Positions 10,701 to 18,366 of a DNA stretch of 64,000 nucleotides are shown piece by piece. How positions within the stretch are numbered: position 1 is the first letter of the stretch; the number at the start of each line of letters is the position of its first letter. Source of the stretch: Candidatus Moraniibacteriota bacterium (GTDB lineage Bacteria; Patescibacteriota; Minisyncoccia; Moranbacterales; GCA-2747515); contig CP175956.1 of the NCBI GenBank assembly GCA_046116545.1, positions 1,089,734 through 1,153,733 of the forward strand. Reading direction: 5' to 3'. A program made the position numbers and the translations under genes. The notes beneath the pieces were generated by a model. That model searched no databases. It had not been told where the DNA came from and saw only the letters and a list, made by a program, of their open reading frames with translations.

Positions 10701-13700
10701 CAAATGCAACAGAAAGATTGTATTCATTGATATCATCACCCGTACTTCCAACAACAAACATCTTTGTTCCATCATTATTAAAAGTAATTCCTTGTGGTGC
10801 AGTTTCTTGTGCTACAACAGAAAAATTAGAATCGAATGTTATATTTTCACCAACAGTAAATCCTTCACTCACAGATTCAATTTTAATATTATCACTTGCA
10901 ACTATATCAAAATAACTGAATTCATCATCACCTAAGCCTATTGTATATTGTAAGACATCATCAGCAAGAACTCTCATAGAACCAGTTGCTAGATTTTCTG
11001 TATTTACTATAACTTGATAAAGACCTGTTTCTGTAATATTTTCAAATGCATTCCAAGTTTCAGCTGTTGTAAATATATGATTTATTCCTGAAGTTCCACC
11101 AGAACTCCCAGCAGCAGAAGAACTTATTGTTACAGTTTGTGTTCCTGGTGATTTTTTAACTATTGTTAGAGTTTGATCTCCTAATCCTGTTGTTTGATAT
11201 ACAGTATAATCATCTGTTACATTTTTTTGTGCGTATCCTGTTGCATCAACACTAACATCTATTCTTTTTAGATTTGGGTTTTGTGTATCAGATGTTGAAT
11301 AGAAAGTTGATGATAGATCAAAAGTTGTTTGATCTATTGCAAAGGATCCTGATGATTCCCAATCTGCATCAGATATTGATTCTAATGTTGTAGAGTTCAT
11401 TTGATTCATTACTCCACTTTCTACTGCTTTTGATATTGCACTATTTGCATTATCTTCTATGCCTACTGTACTCCAAGTATCTACGTTATCTCTGAAATAC
11501 CAAGTTCCATCAGTTCCTCCATGAACTGATGCTTCTTTACTTGCAATGTATCTCCATGCTGAACCAGTCCATACTTTGAAAGTATGTCTATTATTGAAAC
11601 TTACCCCGTAGAATATTGATTGAGAGTTTAGGTTTTCTAATACACTTACTGAGTTTATATCTGTCCAATTTGCGCTATCTAAACCATCTTGGTTTGTTAT
11701 TGTTGTTACGTATGCTCCTGTGTAGTTTCCTAGGGTTTTTTCGTAGAATTCCATTTCAGCCAGTCCAACATAACTAACACTATTACTGGCACTAATATTT
11801 ATTCTGTAATATCTATATGCTATATTATTTGTAAATCCACTATAATTTCTTTTTTCACCATCTAACCAACTCATTTCAGCTGATCGTGTATCCAATGCAG
11901 TCCATGTATTTGCATCATTACTTCCTTCAAATGTCCAGTCTTTCGGAGCCCAAGCTGTATTACTTCTTACAGAATACTCATAAACTATTGCCTCATTTCC
12001 TGAACCTAAATCATATTGAAGCCAGCCTGTTGAAATTCCACTTTGAGAAAGCCAAGATGTTGCATTATTGTCATCAAATCCGTAACTTGGTAGATAACTA
12101 GCACTATAAGTTGTACTCGAAGTAGCAGCCCCACCACTAGCCAAATCAGGACCAGTGCCTCCACCAGTATCAACTAAGTCAACTTGAAATTGAGTTATGT
12201 TTTCTTTTAAATCTTCTTGTGTATAATTATCTTCTGAATTGTAATTTATGTTTTGTATTTTATCAGTTTCTGTTTGTTCTTCTGTAATACTTACAATTGC
12301 TGAACCTGATACTGTTGTTGATTCTCCTTGTGCTAGAGTTACTTGAGTTTGAGTTACTCCACTTCCTGATGTTCCTGTTGATAATCCTCCCCATATAGTT
12401 CCATTACAAAACTCCATGACTTTTGAAGTGTCATTGTATCTCATTGCACCTTCTTTTGTTACGTCACAAGCTGATGCGTCATTATTGAGAGTTATACTTC
12501 CTCCTATAGCTAGATTGTTTCCATCGTATGTGAAGTTTGAGTTTTGAGTTATTGCATTTCCTGCACTATTTGTGAATTGTATTTGATTTGCACTTAGGCT
12601 TGCTGGTGTATCTGTTAGTCCTGTATATGTTGAAGTTCCTCCACTTGATGTTAGAGAGTTCCATACTGAACCATCGTATCCTTCTAGATCTGTTCCACTC
12701 CATCTTATCATTCCTGCTACTGCATTTGTACTTGTTCCAAATACTGCTGCTTTATCAAAGTTGAAAGCTTCGTTTATTGTATCGTAACTTATTATTCCTT
12801 CATTTCCGTTTTCTCCTATATGTAGAGAGTTTGGTCCTAGGTATAGGTCTCTGAATCTATTTGTACTACTTCCTAGGTCGTATGTATCATCTGCATCTGG
12901 TCCTATATGTCCTGCTACTTGTAGTTTGAAGTTTGTTGGACTTGTTGTTCCTATCCCTATATTTCCAGAATTTGAAATTCTCATTCTTTCACTACTGTTT
13001 GTTCCAAAAATCATATTTGTATTTTCGAAATTCCACAATTGTGCATTTTCTGAACCATCAATACCATAGATTGTACCATCAATATTTGTAGTTCCTGTAT
13101 CCGTATTTGTCATACTGATATTAATACCAGCTGTTGTTGATGACTTATTAAGATGTAGTTCTCTTGCAGGACTAGTTGTTCCTATTCCAACGTTGCCGGA
13201 AGTTATATAACTATCTCCTCCACTATCAAAGTAAACAGTTTTAACTGTACTACCATTGTATAATTCAAAAATTCCCGCCCCACCAGTAATATGTCGTCCT
13301 AAAAAGGCTCTCGTATTCGGTACCCCATCTACAATCCTTATTCCATCTCCAGCATTGGCATTAACATCCAACTTCGCTCCTGGAGATATCGTTCCTATTC
13401 CCACATCTCCATTATTCATTGTTAATGTCCTAAGCCAAGCATCATCAGTACTATTAGGTTGTGTAAATATAGCCTGATTTCTAAACAATATTTCCCTACC
13501 ATCACCATTAAAACCACTATTTGAATTTCCAGAAGGATCATATCCCATTGAAATAGTTACAGCATCTGTTCCATAAGTTGTGCCAGTAGAACCTAAAATC
13601 AGTGACTTGTATCCTGAACCATACCCAAATATACTTGGCTCCATTGCCTTTCTTGTCCCAACCTTTAAATTACCATTGATATCAAGTAACTCTAATGGAT

Positions 13701-14487
13701 TATCTGTACCTATTCCAACATTTCCACCATTCAAATAACTATTACCTGCAGAGTCTAGATATACTTTTGCTACTCCAGTGTCAAATATTCTTAATAACCC
13801 CTTATCATAATCCACACCAATACCTCTAGGTTCTATTTGTCCAACTATGTAATCAGCCGAACTAAGTCTTATAATGGCACCATCACCAACAACCTGCAAC
13901 TTAGTATTTGGACTATCCGTCCCAATCCCAACTCTCCCATTAACAGTATCAACAAAAAAATCATTTGAATTAACTGTAAAGTCATCTCCCAGAGTTAATC
14001 CTCCAGTTTTATTTTGAATTGAGTTTGAAGTATTTAAATAGTAATCTTCTGTTTGTCCATTAAATCTATGTGAATTTAAAGCAAATCCTGTAGGAGTTAT
14101 CTTTCTCCTTGGAGTCATTTCTGGATTTGAGTTTATTGTTACTCCTAAGTAATAGTTTGAATCAAAAGATATATCTAATAGGTTATCTCCTGTTTCTCCT
14201 AGAGTTGTACTAAATATTCCATTTGTTATTGTAATTGTTTTTGAAGTTGGAGTTCCACATGATCCTCTACTTGTCCATAGACAATTTCCTCCTGTGTCTG
14301 CATCGTATATTGTTAATGTAAAATCATAATCTCCATCTGATACTGCTACGTTATTAGTATCTGTTAGTTTTCCATGATATGTTAGTTCACTGTCTGGTGC
14401 AGCTTGTGTAATTGAAAAATTAAGAATTATTGCTAACGCAATTATTCCTAATATGTAAGTTAATTTGTTTTTGAAAGTTTTTTTCAT
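4735..14487 (-). CDS. giant secreted/surface protein (3250 aa). Modules: tail-fibre-like 'NVGIGT' repeats, discoidin (F5/8 type C), Gly-rich region, DUF1566/Lcl-like lectin, LamG-like jelly roll, ten 51-aa propeller-type repeats, and a conserved C-terminal module.
   Basis: N-terminal signal peptide 'MKKTFKNKLTYILGIIALAIILNFSITQA'. The discoidin signature is 'NATSWLSQSGISTGWLQYDLG...DWTFEGSNDANTWTALDTRS'. The LamG_3-like block is 'GGSSMYFDGAGDYLNIPD...WHHIAFTRDGDTMKTFLDGV...LDEVRISKGIARW'. The Gly-rich stretch is 'GGGGAGGGDSHYGAGGAGG'. It is a single uninterrupted ORF of 9.75 kb. The N- and C-terminal modules are shared with the 2790-aa paralog. Confidence 0.85.
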   Translation of the reverse strand: MKKTFKNKLTYILGIIALAIILNFSITQAAPDSELTYHGKLTDTNNVAVSDGDYDFTLTIYDADTGGNCLWTSRGSCGTPTSKTITITNGIFSTTLGETGDNLLDISFDSNYYLGVTINSNPEMTPRRKITPTGFALNSHRFNGQTEDYYLNTSNSIQNKTGGLTLGDDFTVNSNDFFVDTVNGRVGIGTDSPNTKLQVVGDGAIIRLSSADYIVGQIEPRGIGVDYDKGLLRIFDTGVAKVYLDSAGNSYLNGGNVGIGTDNPLELLDINGNLKVGTRKAMEPSIFGYGSGYKSLILGSTGTTYGTDAVTISMGYDPSGNSNSGFNGDGREILFRNQAIFTQPNSTDDAWLRTLTMNNGDVGIGTISPGAKLDVNANAGDGIRIVDGVPNTRAFLGRHITGGAGIFELYNGSTVKTVYFDSGGDSYITSGNVGIGTTSPARELHLNKSSTTAGINISMTNTDTGTTNIDGTIYGIDGSENAQLWNFENTNMIFGTNSSERMRISNSGNIGIGTTSPTNFKLQVAGHIGPDADDTYDLGSSTNRFRDLYLGPNSLHIGENGNEGIISYDTINEAFNFDKAAVFGTSTNAVAGMIRWSGTDLEGYDGSVWNSLTSSGGTSTYTGLTDTPASLSANQIQFTNSAGNAITQNSNFTYDGNNLAIGGSITLNNDASACDVTKEGAMRYNDTSKVMEFCNGTIWGGLSTGTSGSGVTQTQVTLAQGESTTVSGSAIVSITEEQTETDKIQNINYNSEDNYTQEDLKENITQFQVDLVDTGGGTGPDLASGGAATSSTTYSASYLPSYGFDDNNATSWLSQSGISTGWLQYDLGSGNEAIVYEYSVRSNTAWAPKDWTFEGSNDANTWTALDTRSAEMSWLDGEKRNYSGFTNNIAYRYYRINISASNSVSYVGLAEMEFYEKTLGNYTGAYVTTITNQDGLDSANWTDINSVSVLENLNSQSIFYGVSFNNRHTFKVWTGSAWRYIASKEASVHGGTDGTWYFRDNVDTWSTVGIEDNANSAISKAVESGVMNQMNSTTLESISDADWESSGSFAIDQTTFDLSSTFYSTSDTQNPNLKRIDVSVDATGYAQKNVTDDYTVYQTTGLGDQTLTIVKKSPGTQTVTISSSAAGSSGGTSGINHIFTTAETWNAFENITETGLYQVIVNTENLATGSMRVLADDVLQYTIGLGDDEFSYFDIVASDNIKIESVSEGFTVGENITFDSNFSVVAQETAPQGITFNNDGTKMFVVGSTGDDINEYNLSVAFDSATAVYDSVFSVAAQETAPNDVTFNNDGTKMFIVGTTGDDVNEYNLSTGFDVSTAVYDSNFSVAAQDTAPQSMDFNTDGTKMFIVGNTGDDVNEYHLSTGFDVSTAVYDSRFSVATEEATPTGIAFNPDGTKMFIMGQTGIDMGEYELSTGFDISTANFVFRFSVSAQEATPQGIAFNTDGTKMFVTGNTGDDVNEYHLPRGFEFGPVDYSASFSVAAQDTSPQTMAFNTDGTKMFVVGLTGIDINEYHLSTAFDITTAVYDSIFDFSEDGSPQGIAFNTDGTKMFIIGNTADEINEYNLSTAFDISTAVYDSRFDITAQEDSPSGIAFNTDGTKMFITGLTGDDVNEYHLSTGFDVSTTVYDSNFSVVAQETAPQDIAFNTNGTKMFILGSTGDDVNEYKLSTAFDVSTAVYSSKFSVFAQDTVVQGIAFNNDGTKMFIVGATGDDITEYDVLPESFTGTVEVSVAASSGTSSTSYSNIWTQSGSNAYYDTGNIGIGTTTPDNFTLQVAGHIGPDTDDTYDLGSSTNRFRDLYLGPSSLHIGVDGDEAVISYNTISNEIEFSAPINLTGSITLTNDTDACDVNKEGAMRYNDSTKVMEFCNGTAWGAFSTGGFSSTCPSGFTKIENQGQTLGCMQNIESGTNNWEAATNDCFDAYGGRLPSVTEWYIAMANYVLTDETDDPEWNSNHDASNRYAESGNGSISNTGSSPDTSILAYRCWTSTNSDSNSVTSGGGGIASIQTFDTVGAHTWTKPAGIETIRVQVVGGGGGAGGGDSHYGAGGAGGYSEKIIDVSSLNTISVTVGVAGAAGSTGGAGTAGSTGGTTSFDTHCSATGGQGGSVSANYEGGSGGVGSGGDINVSGGNGIHTTNGGSSYFGGGGTAFSGKLEGQAYGSGGASLGGAGAGAGASGAVIIYEYAGSSESSSLPTCTDGQTLSYNESNSDWECADASAGSGGGNIDLNTKLLVQSDDADGSVKFMDSSISTHTITANGDAHHETDASKFGGSSMYFDGAGDYLNIPDSEDFEVYNNEFTIDFWMRADALPTGLHVLVGKYNYGGYSPWNIMQDGANIILYSSSNNSSHDVANARAIVTGINIDTWHHIAFTRDGDTMKTFLDGVLTDSFIFTGGFFNGSQTLKIGGADGGNYSFGGYLDEVRISKGIARWTSDFTPPTAPYEIQSSSSVAGGQNWKLMHVQDQKTTGTDGGTSSVGIQIRDLNTIIGTNEITDASLNGITGEITLPAGTYNVNITVPLIGTNRARLYFYNITDTENTLIGSNSYDGSGGSIASLSGKFTILDTKTFDVRQYAESATATVGLGRAVNQSPYEVYTDLKIWKIEESSGSSSSSYTPGFLYGFNLSNDSGDTDHDIYVSSGYAKDETDSKDLELTTGLTKQLDASFTEGDDQGGLFTGTIANDTMYHVFLIEKDDGTTDIGFDTDINASNIPSGFTSYRWLGYVLTNGSANIKQFQMSGDLMMWEKASEMTIPTTVSTSWIQRDYSAFVPTLGVKEIMFGGNEAGTANGWTLMCSADGINVMSHVARGGAADADTQEFAWGGAADHSTVIPYKSNYYFKTNGGSFNLLVHAVKLDRGSTSGGSTNSPWTQTGNNIAYTSGNVGIGSNNYGTNADNILTISNSIAPTTSITDGIQLFAVDQSGSHELRVRDEAGNTTTLSPHNFSNIPGGQSEELAWSYYSEKDNKSINVDMTKTVRLIEKLTGQQLIYITDKTTGLEIPNLNLIDISNLPTPEKISEIDTQINNTILQTNTNIQTLEDLQLSIDEQLSNTSEMLNQVQGDIVVNGESILETRVKSNINANLISEIDLRIQAAEEGLGVLDLLGATDLIKIEELLAIDAEKLVFTDELGSLTLDGVLNVKIIIADVVETSFIEVEELALENYGDNAIVGKSVICPTGTNFDVNEDGCVEVENSESDGQTVFVETEVVTGDSYIFLTPYGNDEQSVIVSEVQDGIGFTVKAKNIIENMIKFDWFIVKGVQ
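9340..10860 (-). repeat. in-frame tandem repeat, ~153-bp period x 10 copies (51-aa 'FSVAAQETAPQGIAFNTDGTKMFVVGNTGDDVNEYxLSTAFDVSTAVYDS' units)
   Basis: Direct reading finds 'tagatacatcaaat' at 9471 and again at 9624 (offset 153). Ten consecutive 51-aa units appear in the translated product. The antisense plus-strand ORFs at 9521-9742 and 10295-10915 are artefacts of this periodicity. Confidence 0.85.
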
Positions 14488-14638
14488 TTTTTGTGTTTAT
14501 TGTATCCCCTGTTCTCTCGTATTTACTAAGTTTTTAGTGTTTTTTATTATTTTCTTTTGTTTGTTTATATGGAATAATTATATCATATTGTTTGTTTCTT
14601 GTCTTGTTTTGTTTGTGGATAAGTTTTATTGAAGGATA

Positions 14639-15250
14639 CTATTGCAATGTGTTTATTTCAACTTGTCCTATTGCTTTTAGCCCAGCTAACCATTCTCGTA
14701 TGATATATTTATATTCTTCAAATTTATTTTGATATGGATACTTGTACGCCACAAACCCAATTGCATCAATATCCAATGTTCTTGCTATATAAACAGATCT
14801 TGGTAAATGAAACTCCTGAGTTACAATAACTGCATTCTCCAATTTATATATATCATGCATATTTTTCATACTCGTAAATGTATCCACACCCCCTTCATCT
14901 ATATAAATAATATCTTTTGGAATATTATTTTCAATTAAATATTTTTGAACTGCATAAACCTCATCATCAATTCCACTTATTATAAGTTTGCATACTTTAT
15001 TATTTTCATACAAATCAATTGCTGCCATAGCCCGTTCTTTCAACATCAAGCTCATTCTACCATCATCATAAACTTTTGCACCAAGTACAACAACATTACT
15101 ACAGTAATCTATTTGTTCAATATCATTTATATTTACAATATATCCATCACTACGCTCTATGATATGTAATCGTGCAATACTAATCATACACAAAATTACA
15201 AAAAAAATAATTATCACAAAAATCAGCACTTTAAATATATGTTTTTTCAT
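14639..15250 (-). CDS. DUF218 (SanA/YdcF/ElyC-like) membrane-anchored protein
   Basis: 203 aa with an N-terminal TM helix. 'VVVLGAKVYDDGRMSLMLKERAMAAIDLY...IISG' and later 'IVTQEFHLPRS' match the DUF218 pattern. The start overlaps the rlmH stop by 1 nt (TAATG). Confidence 0.6.
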   Translation of the reverse strand: MKKHIFKVLIFVIIIFFVILCMISIARLHIIERSDGYIVNINDIEQIDYCSNVVVLGAKVYDDGRMSLMLKERAMAAIDLYENNKVCKLIISGIDDEVYAVQKYLIENNIPKDIIYIDEGGVDTFTSMKNMHDIYKLENAVIVTQEFHLPRSVYIARTLDIDAIGFVAYKYPYQNKFEEYKYIIREWLAGLKAIGQVEINTLQ

Positions 15251-15681
15251 TATTCTCTATGATATGGATGATTTACATTTATAGTACTAGCCCTATATAA
15301 AGATTCTACCAAAATAACCATAGCTAAATCGTGTGGCAAAGTCATCTCACCAAAACTCAAAAGAACATCGGCTCTATCTTTTATTTCATCATTATGTCCA
15401 TCTGGACCACCTATCACAAAACACATTTCACTCACTCCTCGCACTGCTTTTTCATCGATGAATGTTGCAAATTTTTTACTTGTAAATTGCTTTCCTTTTT
15501 CATCCAAAATTACACAAAAAATATTATCAATAACATCCAGTATTTTCTTATCCTCAACACCATCCTTTAAATGTACTATTTCTATACTATGAAAAGCATT
15601 TAATCTTTTAATATATTCATTAAAGCCTTCCTTTGCAAAAGAAAGCTTAGGTTCACCAATTGTAATTATCTTTAATTTCAT
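15250..15681 (-). CDS. rlmH: 23S rRNA (pseudouridine1915-N3)-methyltransferase RlmH
   Basis: 143 aa SPOUT protein. Motifs include 'KLKIITIGE', 'FVIGGPDGH' and 'LSFGEMTLPHDLAMVILVESLYRASTINVNHPYHRE'. Confidence 0.85.
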   Translation of the reverse strand: MKLKIITIGEPKLSFAKEGFNEYIKRLNAFHSIEIVHLKDGVEDKKILDVIDNIFCVILDEKGKQFTSKKFATFIDEKAVRGVSEMCFVIGGPDGHNDEIKDRADVLLSFGEMTLPHDLAMVILVESLYRASTINVNHPYHRE

Positions 15682-15731
15682 AATATTAATTATACTACAT
15701 AAAAATAAAACTTTCTTTTTTGCCTATCTAT

Positions 15732-16913
15732 TTAGTTATTCTTTTTTATTATTTGACTATATATACCACAACTATTTCTTTTTATTCTTTCACCTGTTTT
15801 ACGATCAATTTCCACTAAGCCAAATTTAAAATCGTATCCACCATCCCACTCATAACTATCACATAAACTATAGTGAAAATATCCTCGCACATCAGATCCC
15901 TCACCAATTGCCTTTTTCATATACTTTATAGATTCTTGTAAAAATTCCTGTCGATCTATATCATTCACACCAAGATTTGTCGGCTTACCATTTTCCAAAA
16001 CCATGAGTGGTTTTTTATATTTTTGCATATTCATAAGAACATGATATAAACCTTCTGGAAATTTCTTCCATACATTTGAGTTATGCCAATTATTCGTTCC
16101 ATGAATGCCAATTTTACCTCCACTTTTACCAAAATAAAAACTATCACTTGTATAATAATTAACACCAATATAATCACTACACCTTTGTACGCTGCGTATC
16201 ATTAAGCCATTTTGTAAAAATCTCTTCCCTCTCAAATAACTATTTTGTATGAAAGAATTGTCCCGTCCTATTTCATGATTACATAGAAATGTTGAACCAA
16301 TTTGTGTTTGTGGGTACTTTTCTTTCCACAATTTAAAGACTTCTTTGTGTATCGCTATTAAATTTCTCATTACACAAATAGCTCTATAACGACTTTTAAA
16401 AAAAGGCGGTCTTATACTCTGCACATAACTTGCACTAATATAAACAGATGGCTCATTAAGTACGACGACACAATCAATCTCATCTCCAAGCTTATCACAA
16501 ATATATTTTACAAACCGTATGAATTTCTTTTTACAATCACCGCTATGCATTCCATATTTCTGCTCAAACCACATTGGCACACTCCAATGCCATAGACCAA
16601 CAACTGTTGTAATATTTTTTTCATGTAAATTTTGCAAAATATTTCTATAATGATTGACTGCCTCAATATCAAATTCACCCTCTAGTGGTTCGATACGTGA
16701 CCATTCAATTGTAATGCGCATACTATTACATCCAATCTCCTCTACAAGATTATGATATTGAGCATAGATATTCCAATAATTATTTGCATACCCAATGTGC
16801 GGTACAAGGCCTCGCTTATCCCATTTTGTCCAATTGCTATATTTATTATGTCCCTCTGTCTGTTGTCCAATATTCACAACTCCCCAGAAAAACTTTTCTT
16901 TCTTATTATCCAT
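15732..16913 (-). CDS. glycoside hydrolase family 1 (beta-glucosidase/6-phospho-beta-glycosidase-like)
   Basis: The GH1 acid/base motif is 'VVLNEPSVY' and the nucleophile motif is 'MVLENG'. The N-terminal 'KFFWGVVNIGQQTEG' matches the GH1 start. I place the start at the internal Met (MDNKKEK...). The ORF-track start at 16988 would add 25 non-homologous residues and overlap the upstream gene. Confidence 0.7.
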   Translation of the reverse strand: MDNKKEKFFWGVVNIGQQTEGHNKYSNWTKWDKRGLVPHIGYANNYWNIYAQYHNLVEEIGCNSMRITIEWSRIEPLEGEFDIEAVNHYRNILQNLHEKNITTVVGLWHWSVPMWFEQKYGMHSGDCKKKFIRFVKYICDKLGDEIDCVVVLNEPSVYISASYVQSIRPPFFKSRYRAICVMRNLIAIHKEVFKLWKEKYPQTQIGSTFLCNHEIGRDNSFIQNSYLRGKRFLQNGLMIRSVQRCSDYIGVNYYTSDSFYFGKSGGKIGIHGTNNWHNSNVWKKFPEGLYHVLMNMQKYKKPLMVLENGKPTNLGVNDIDRQEFLQESIKYMKKAIGEGSDVRGYFHYSLCDSYEWDGGYDFKFGLVEIDRKTGERIKRNSCGIYSQIIKKNN

Positions 16914-16971
16914 ATTATAAGTATACACCAAGATTGATATGATAATAGAATAATAATCTACTATTATATAA

Positions 16972-17823
16972 TCAAAAAAGACGTCCATTCATGGACGTCT
17001 TTTGTTTATTTTCGAGATAAGAATTTTGATTTTTTTCTTGATTTAGTTCATTTCCATCTTCGATTGCAATTACTTGACTATAGTATTTATTTACCACACC
17101 TATCCAACGAGATACACTCTCTGGTGAATGTGATGCACAACTACCTCCACACTTCCATGGATAAACTATTTTTGCTGGAGTGTCACGGTTCGTTTCATGT
17201 ACAAAATATGCAAGTCTCTTGGCTATTGTATCAACTGCTTCTTCTGGTGAGCCAAAACATGCATGTCCCATCGCTTGACCGCGCGAACCACTAGTTTTGT
17301 AACCCCAATAATTATAACAATCAATCCCAGCTTTTGATGGAGCTCTTTTGCCCATCTGACTCTCAATATTTGCTATACCAAGTATCATAGCTGCAACTTT
17401 TTTGTCTTTTGAAGCAATGTACTCAGCCATTTCTTCCATATTTGTTCCTTCTAATATAATCGCAATTTCTTGTGCCATTATATCTTGCTCTGACTCCATA
17501 ATTTTGCCTTCATGACTGAGTTTTTTACAATCATTATCGACATCAATTAAAGAACTCTCAATAGTATCTTCTGTAAGAAGATTTTTACTAAGAATACAAG
17601 CATTGTATCTTTGTAGATTTTCATCTGCTACATCCTTTTCTCCTTGCGAAGAAACGGTATCAACAAAATAAAAACTACCAGCAATAACAAGCATGAGTCC
17701 AGCAAGGACAAAGTACATGTGTTTAATTGCAAATGAACTAATTTTATGTAGTGATGATTTGATCATCTTCGGCGTCTCTACACGTAGACGCTTTATCGGT
17801 GACGGTTCGTCATTAATAATCAT
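16972..17823 (-). CDS. membrane-anchored protein with a GH73-like (N-acetylglucosaminidase-like) motif and a conserved 4-Cys C-terminal domain; paralog A
   Basis: 283 aa: short cytoplasmic N-terminus, one TM helix (FVLAGLMLVIAGSFYFV), then an exodomain. The exodomain carries 'IANIESQMGKR', 'DCYNYWGYK', 'CFGS.EEAV' and 'W.KCGGSCASHS..VSRWIGVVNKYY', all shared with the 18367-19662 product. Confidence 0.5.
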   Translation of the reverse strand: MIINDEPSPIKRLRVETPKMIKSSLHKISSFAIKHMYFVLAGLMLVIAGSFYFVDTVSSQGEKDVADENLQRYNACILSKNLLTEDTIESSLIDVDNDCKKLSHEGKIMESEQDIMAQEIAIILEGTNMEEMAEYIASKDKKVAAMILGIANIESQMGKRAPSKAGIDCYNYWGYKTSGSRGQAMGHACFGSPEEAVDTIAKRLAYFVHETNRDTPAKIVYPWKCGGSCASHSPESVSRWIGVVNKYYSQVIAIEDGNELNQEKNQNSYLENKQKTSMNGRLF

Positions 17824-18120
17824 AGATTGTTTTACGAATAAAACCCCTTAGAACTATTTACATACTTTATCGTCATAAAATAAGTATATAGAACAGTGTG
17901 TAAAAATTGCACACATAGATACGAGTATACTCTTCTGAGAAAAATTGTCAATAGCAACAAAAGCCACACAAATACAGGGCTTTCAGAGCCATCTTTTTAT
18001 TTTCTTCTAATCCTCAATCTCTAAAATATTCTCACCTTTCACAGTCATTTTCCATTTTAATATTCAATTATACCTATCAATAATATCTTTTGAAATACTG
18101 ATAATATATTATACTGTTTT

Positions 18121-18260
18121 CAACCAACCTCTCCCCTTTTTAAAAGGAGGAGATGTCCGTAGGACAGAGGGGGTTTTGGTAAAATAAAGTTTATTAGTAT
18201 CATTCTAACCCCTCCGCCTTTTCAGGTACCTCCCATTCAAAGGGGGAAAAGTATGAAGTT
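18121..18260. other. GC-rich structured element in an AT-rich 543-bp intergenic region (candidate cis-regulatory RNA or sRNA)
   Basis: A local cluster of complementary G/C tracts: CTCCCCTTTTT/AAAAGGAGGAG, GAGGGGGTT...AACCCCTC, GGAGG...CCTCC, CCTCCC...GGGGGA. It lies upstream of paralog A on the minus strand. No class could be assigned by eye. Confidence 0.2.
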
Positions 18261-18334
18261 AAAAGATATTTACTTAGCAATAATTTTAATGAGGTGTAGT
18301 TACTTAAAAATGATACTATATATTAAAATACAAA

Positions 18335-18365
18335 ATCCTCTTCAACAGAGGATTTTGTACCTATC
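18335..18365 (-). terminator. rho-independent terminator downstream of paralog B
   Basis: 9-bp stem AAATCCTCT / AGAGGATTT with loop 'TCAACAG', immediately after the stop codon at 18367. A U-rich tail follows on the minus strand. Confidence 0.5.
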
Positions 18366-18366
18366 T

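Noticed and set aside
9340-10860. CRISPR-like regular repeats
   Set aside because: The 153-bp units are contiguous with no spacers and are imperfect. They form an in-frame coding repeat inside a 9.75-kb ORF. No cas genes are present.
10295-10935. Plus-strand ORFs (206 aa and 174 aa) antisense to the giant gene, with the repetitive peptide 'NIFVPS.LNAIP...'
   Set aside because: These are frame artefacts of the 153-bp tandem repeat on the opposite strand. They are fully embedded in a much longer, domain-rich minus-strand ORF.
17824-18120. Search for tRNA genes in the long intergenic regions (17824-18366, 2359-2706, 59570-59879, 62777-62980)
   Set aside because: No acceptor-stem or T-arm (GTTCRANYC) signatures, and no cloverleaf-compatible segments found by eye. 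I did not find any tRNA in the window. A tRNAscan run would be needed to be certain.
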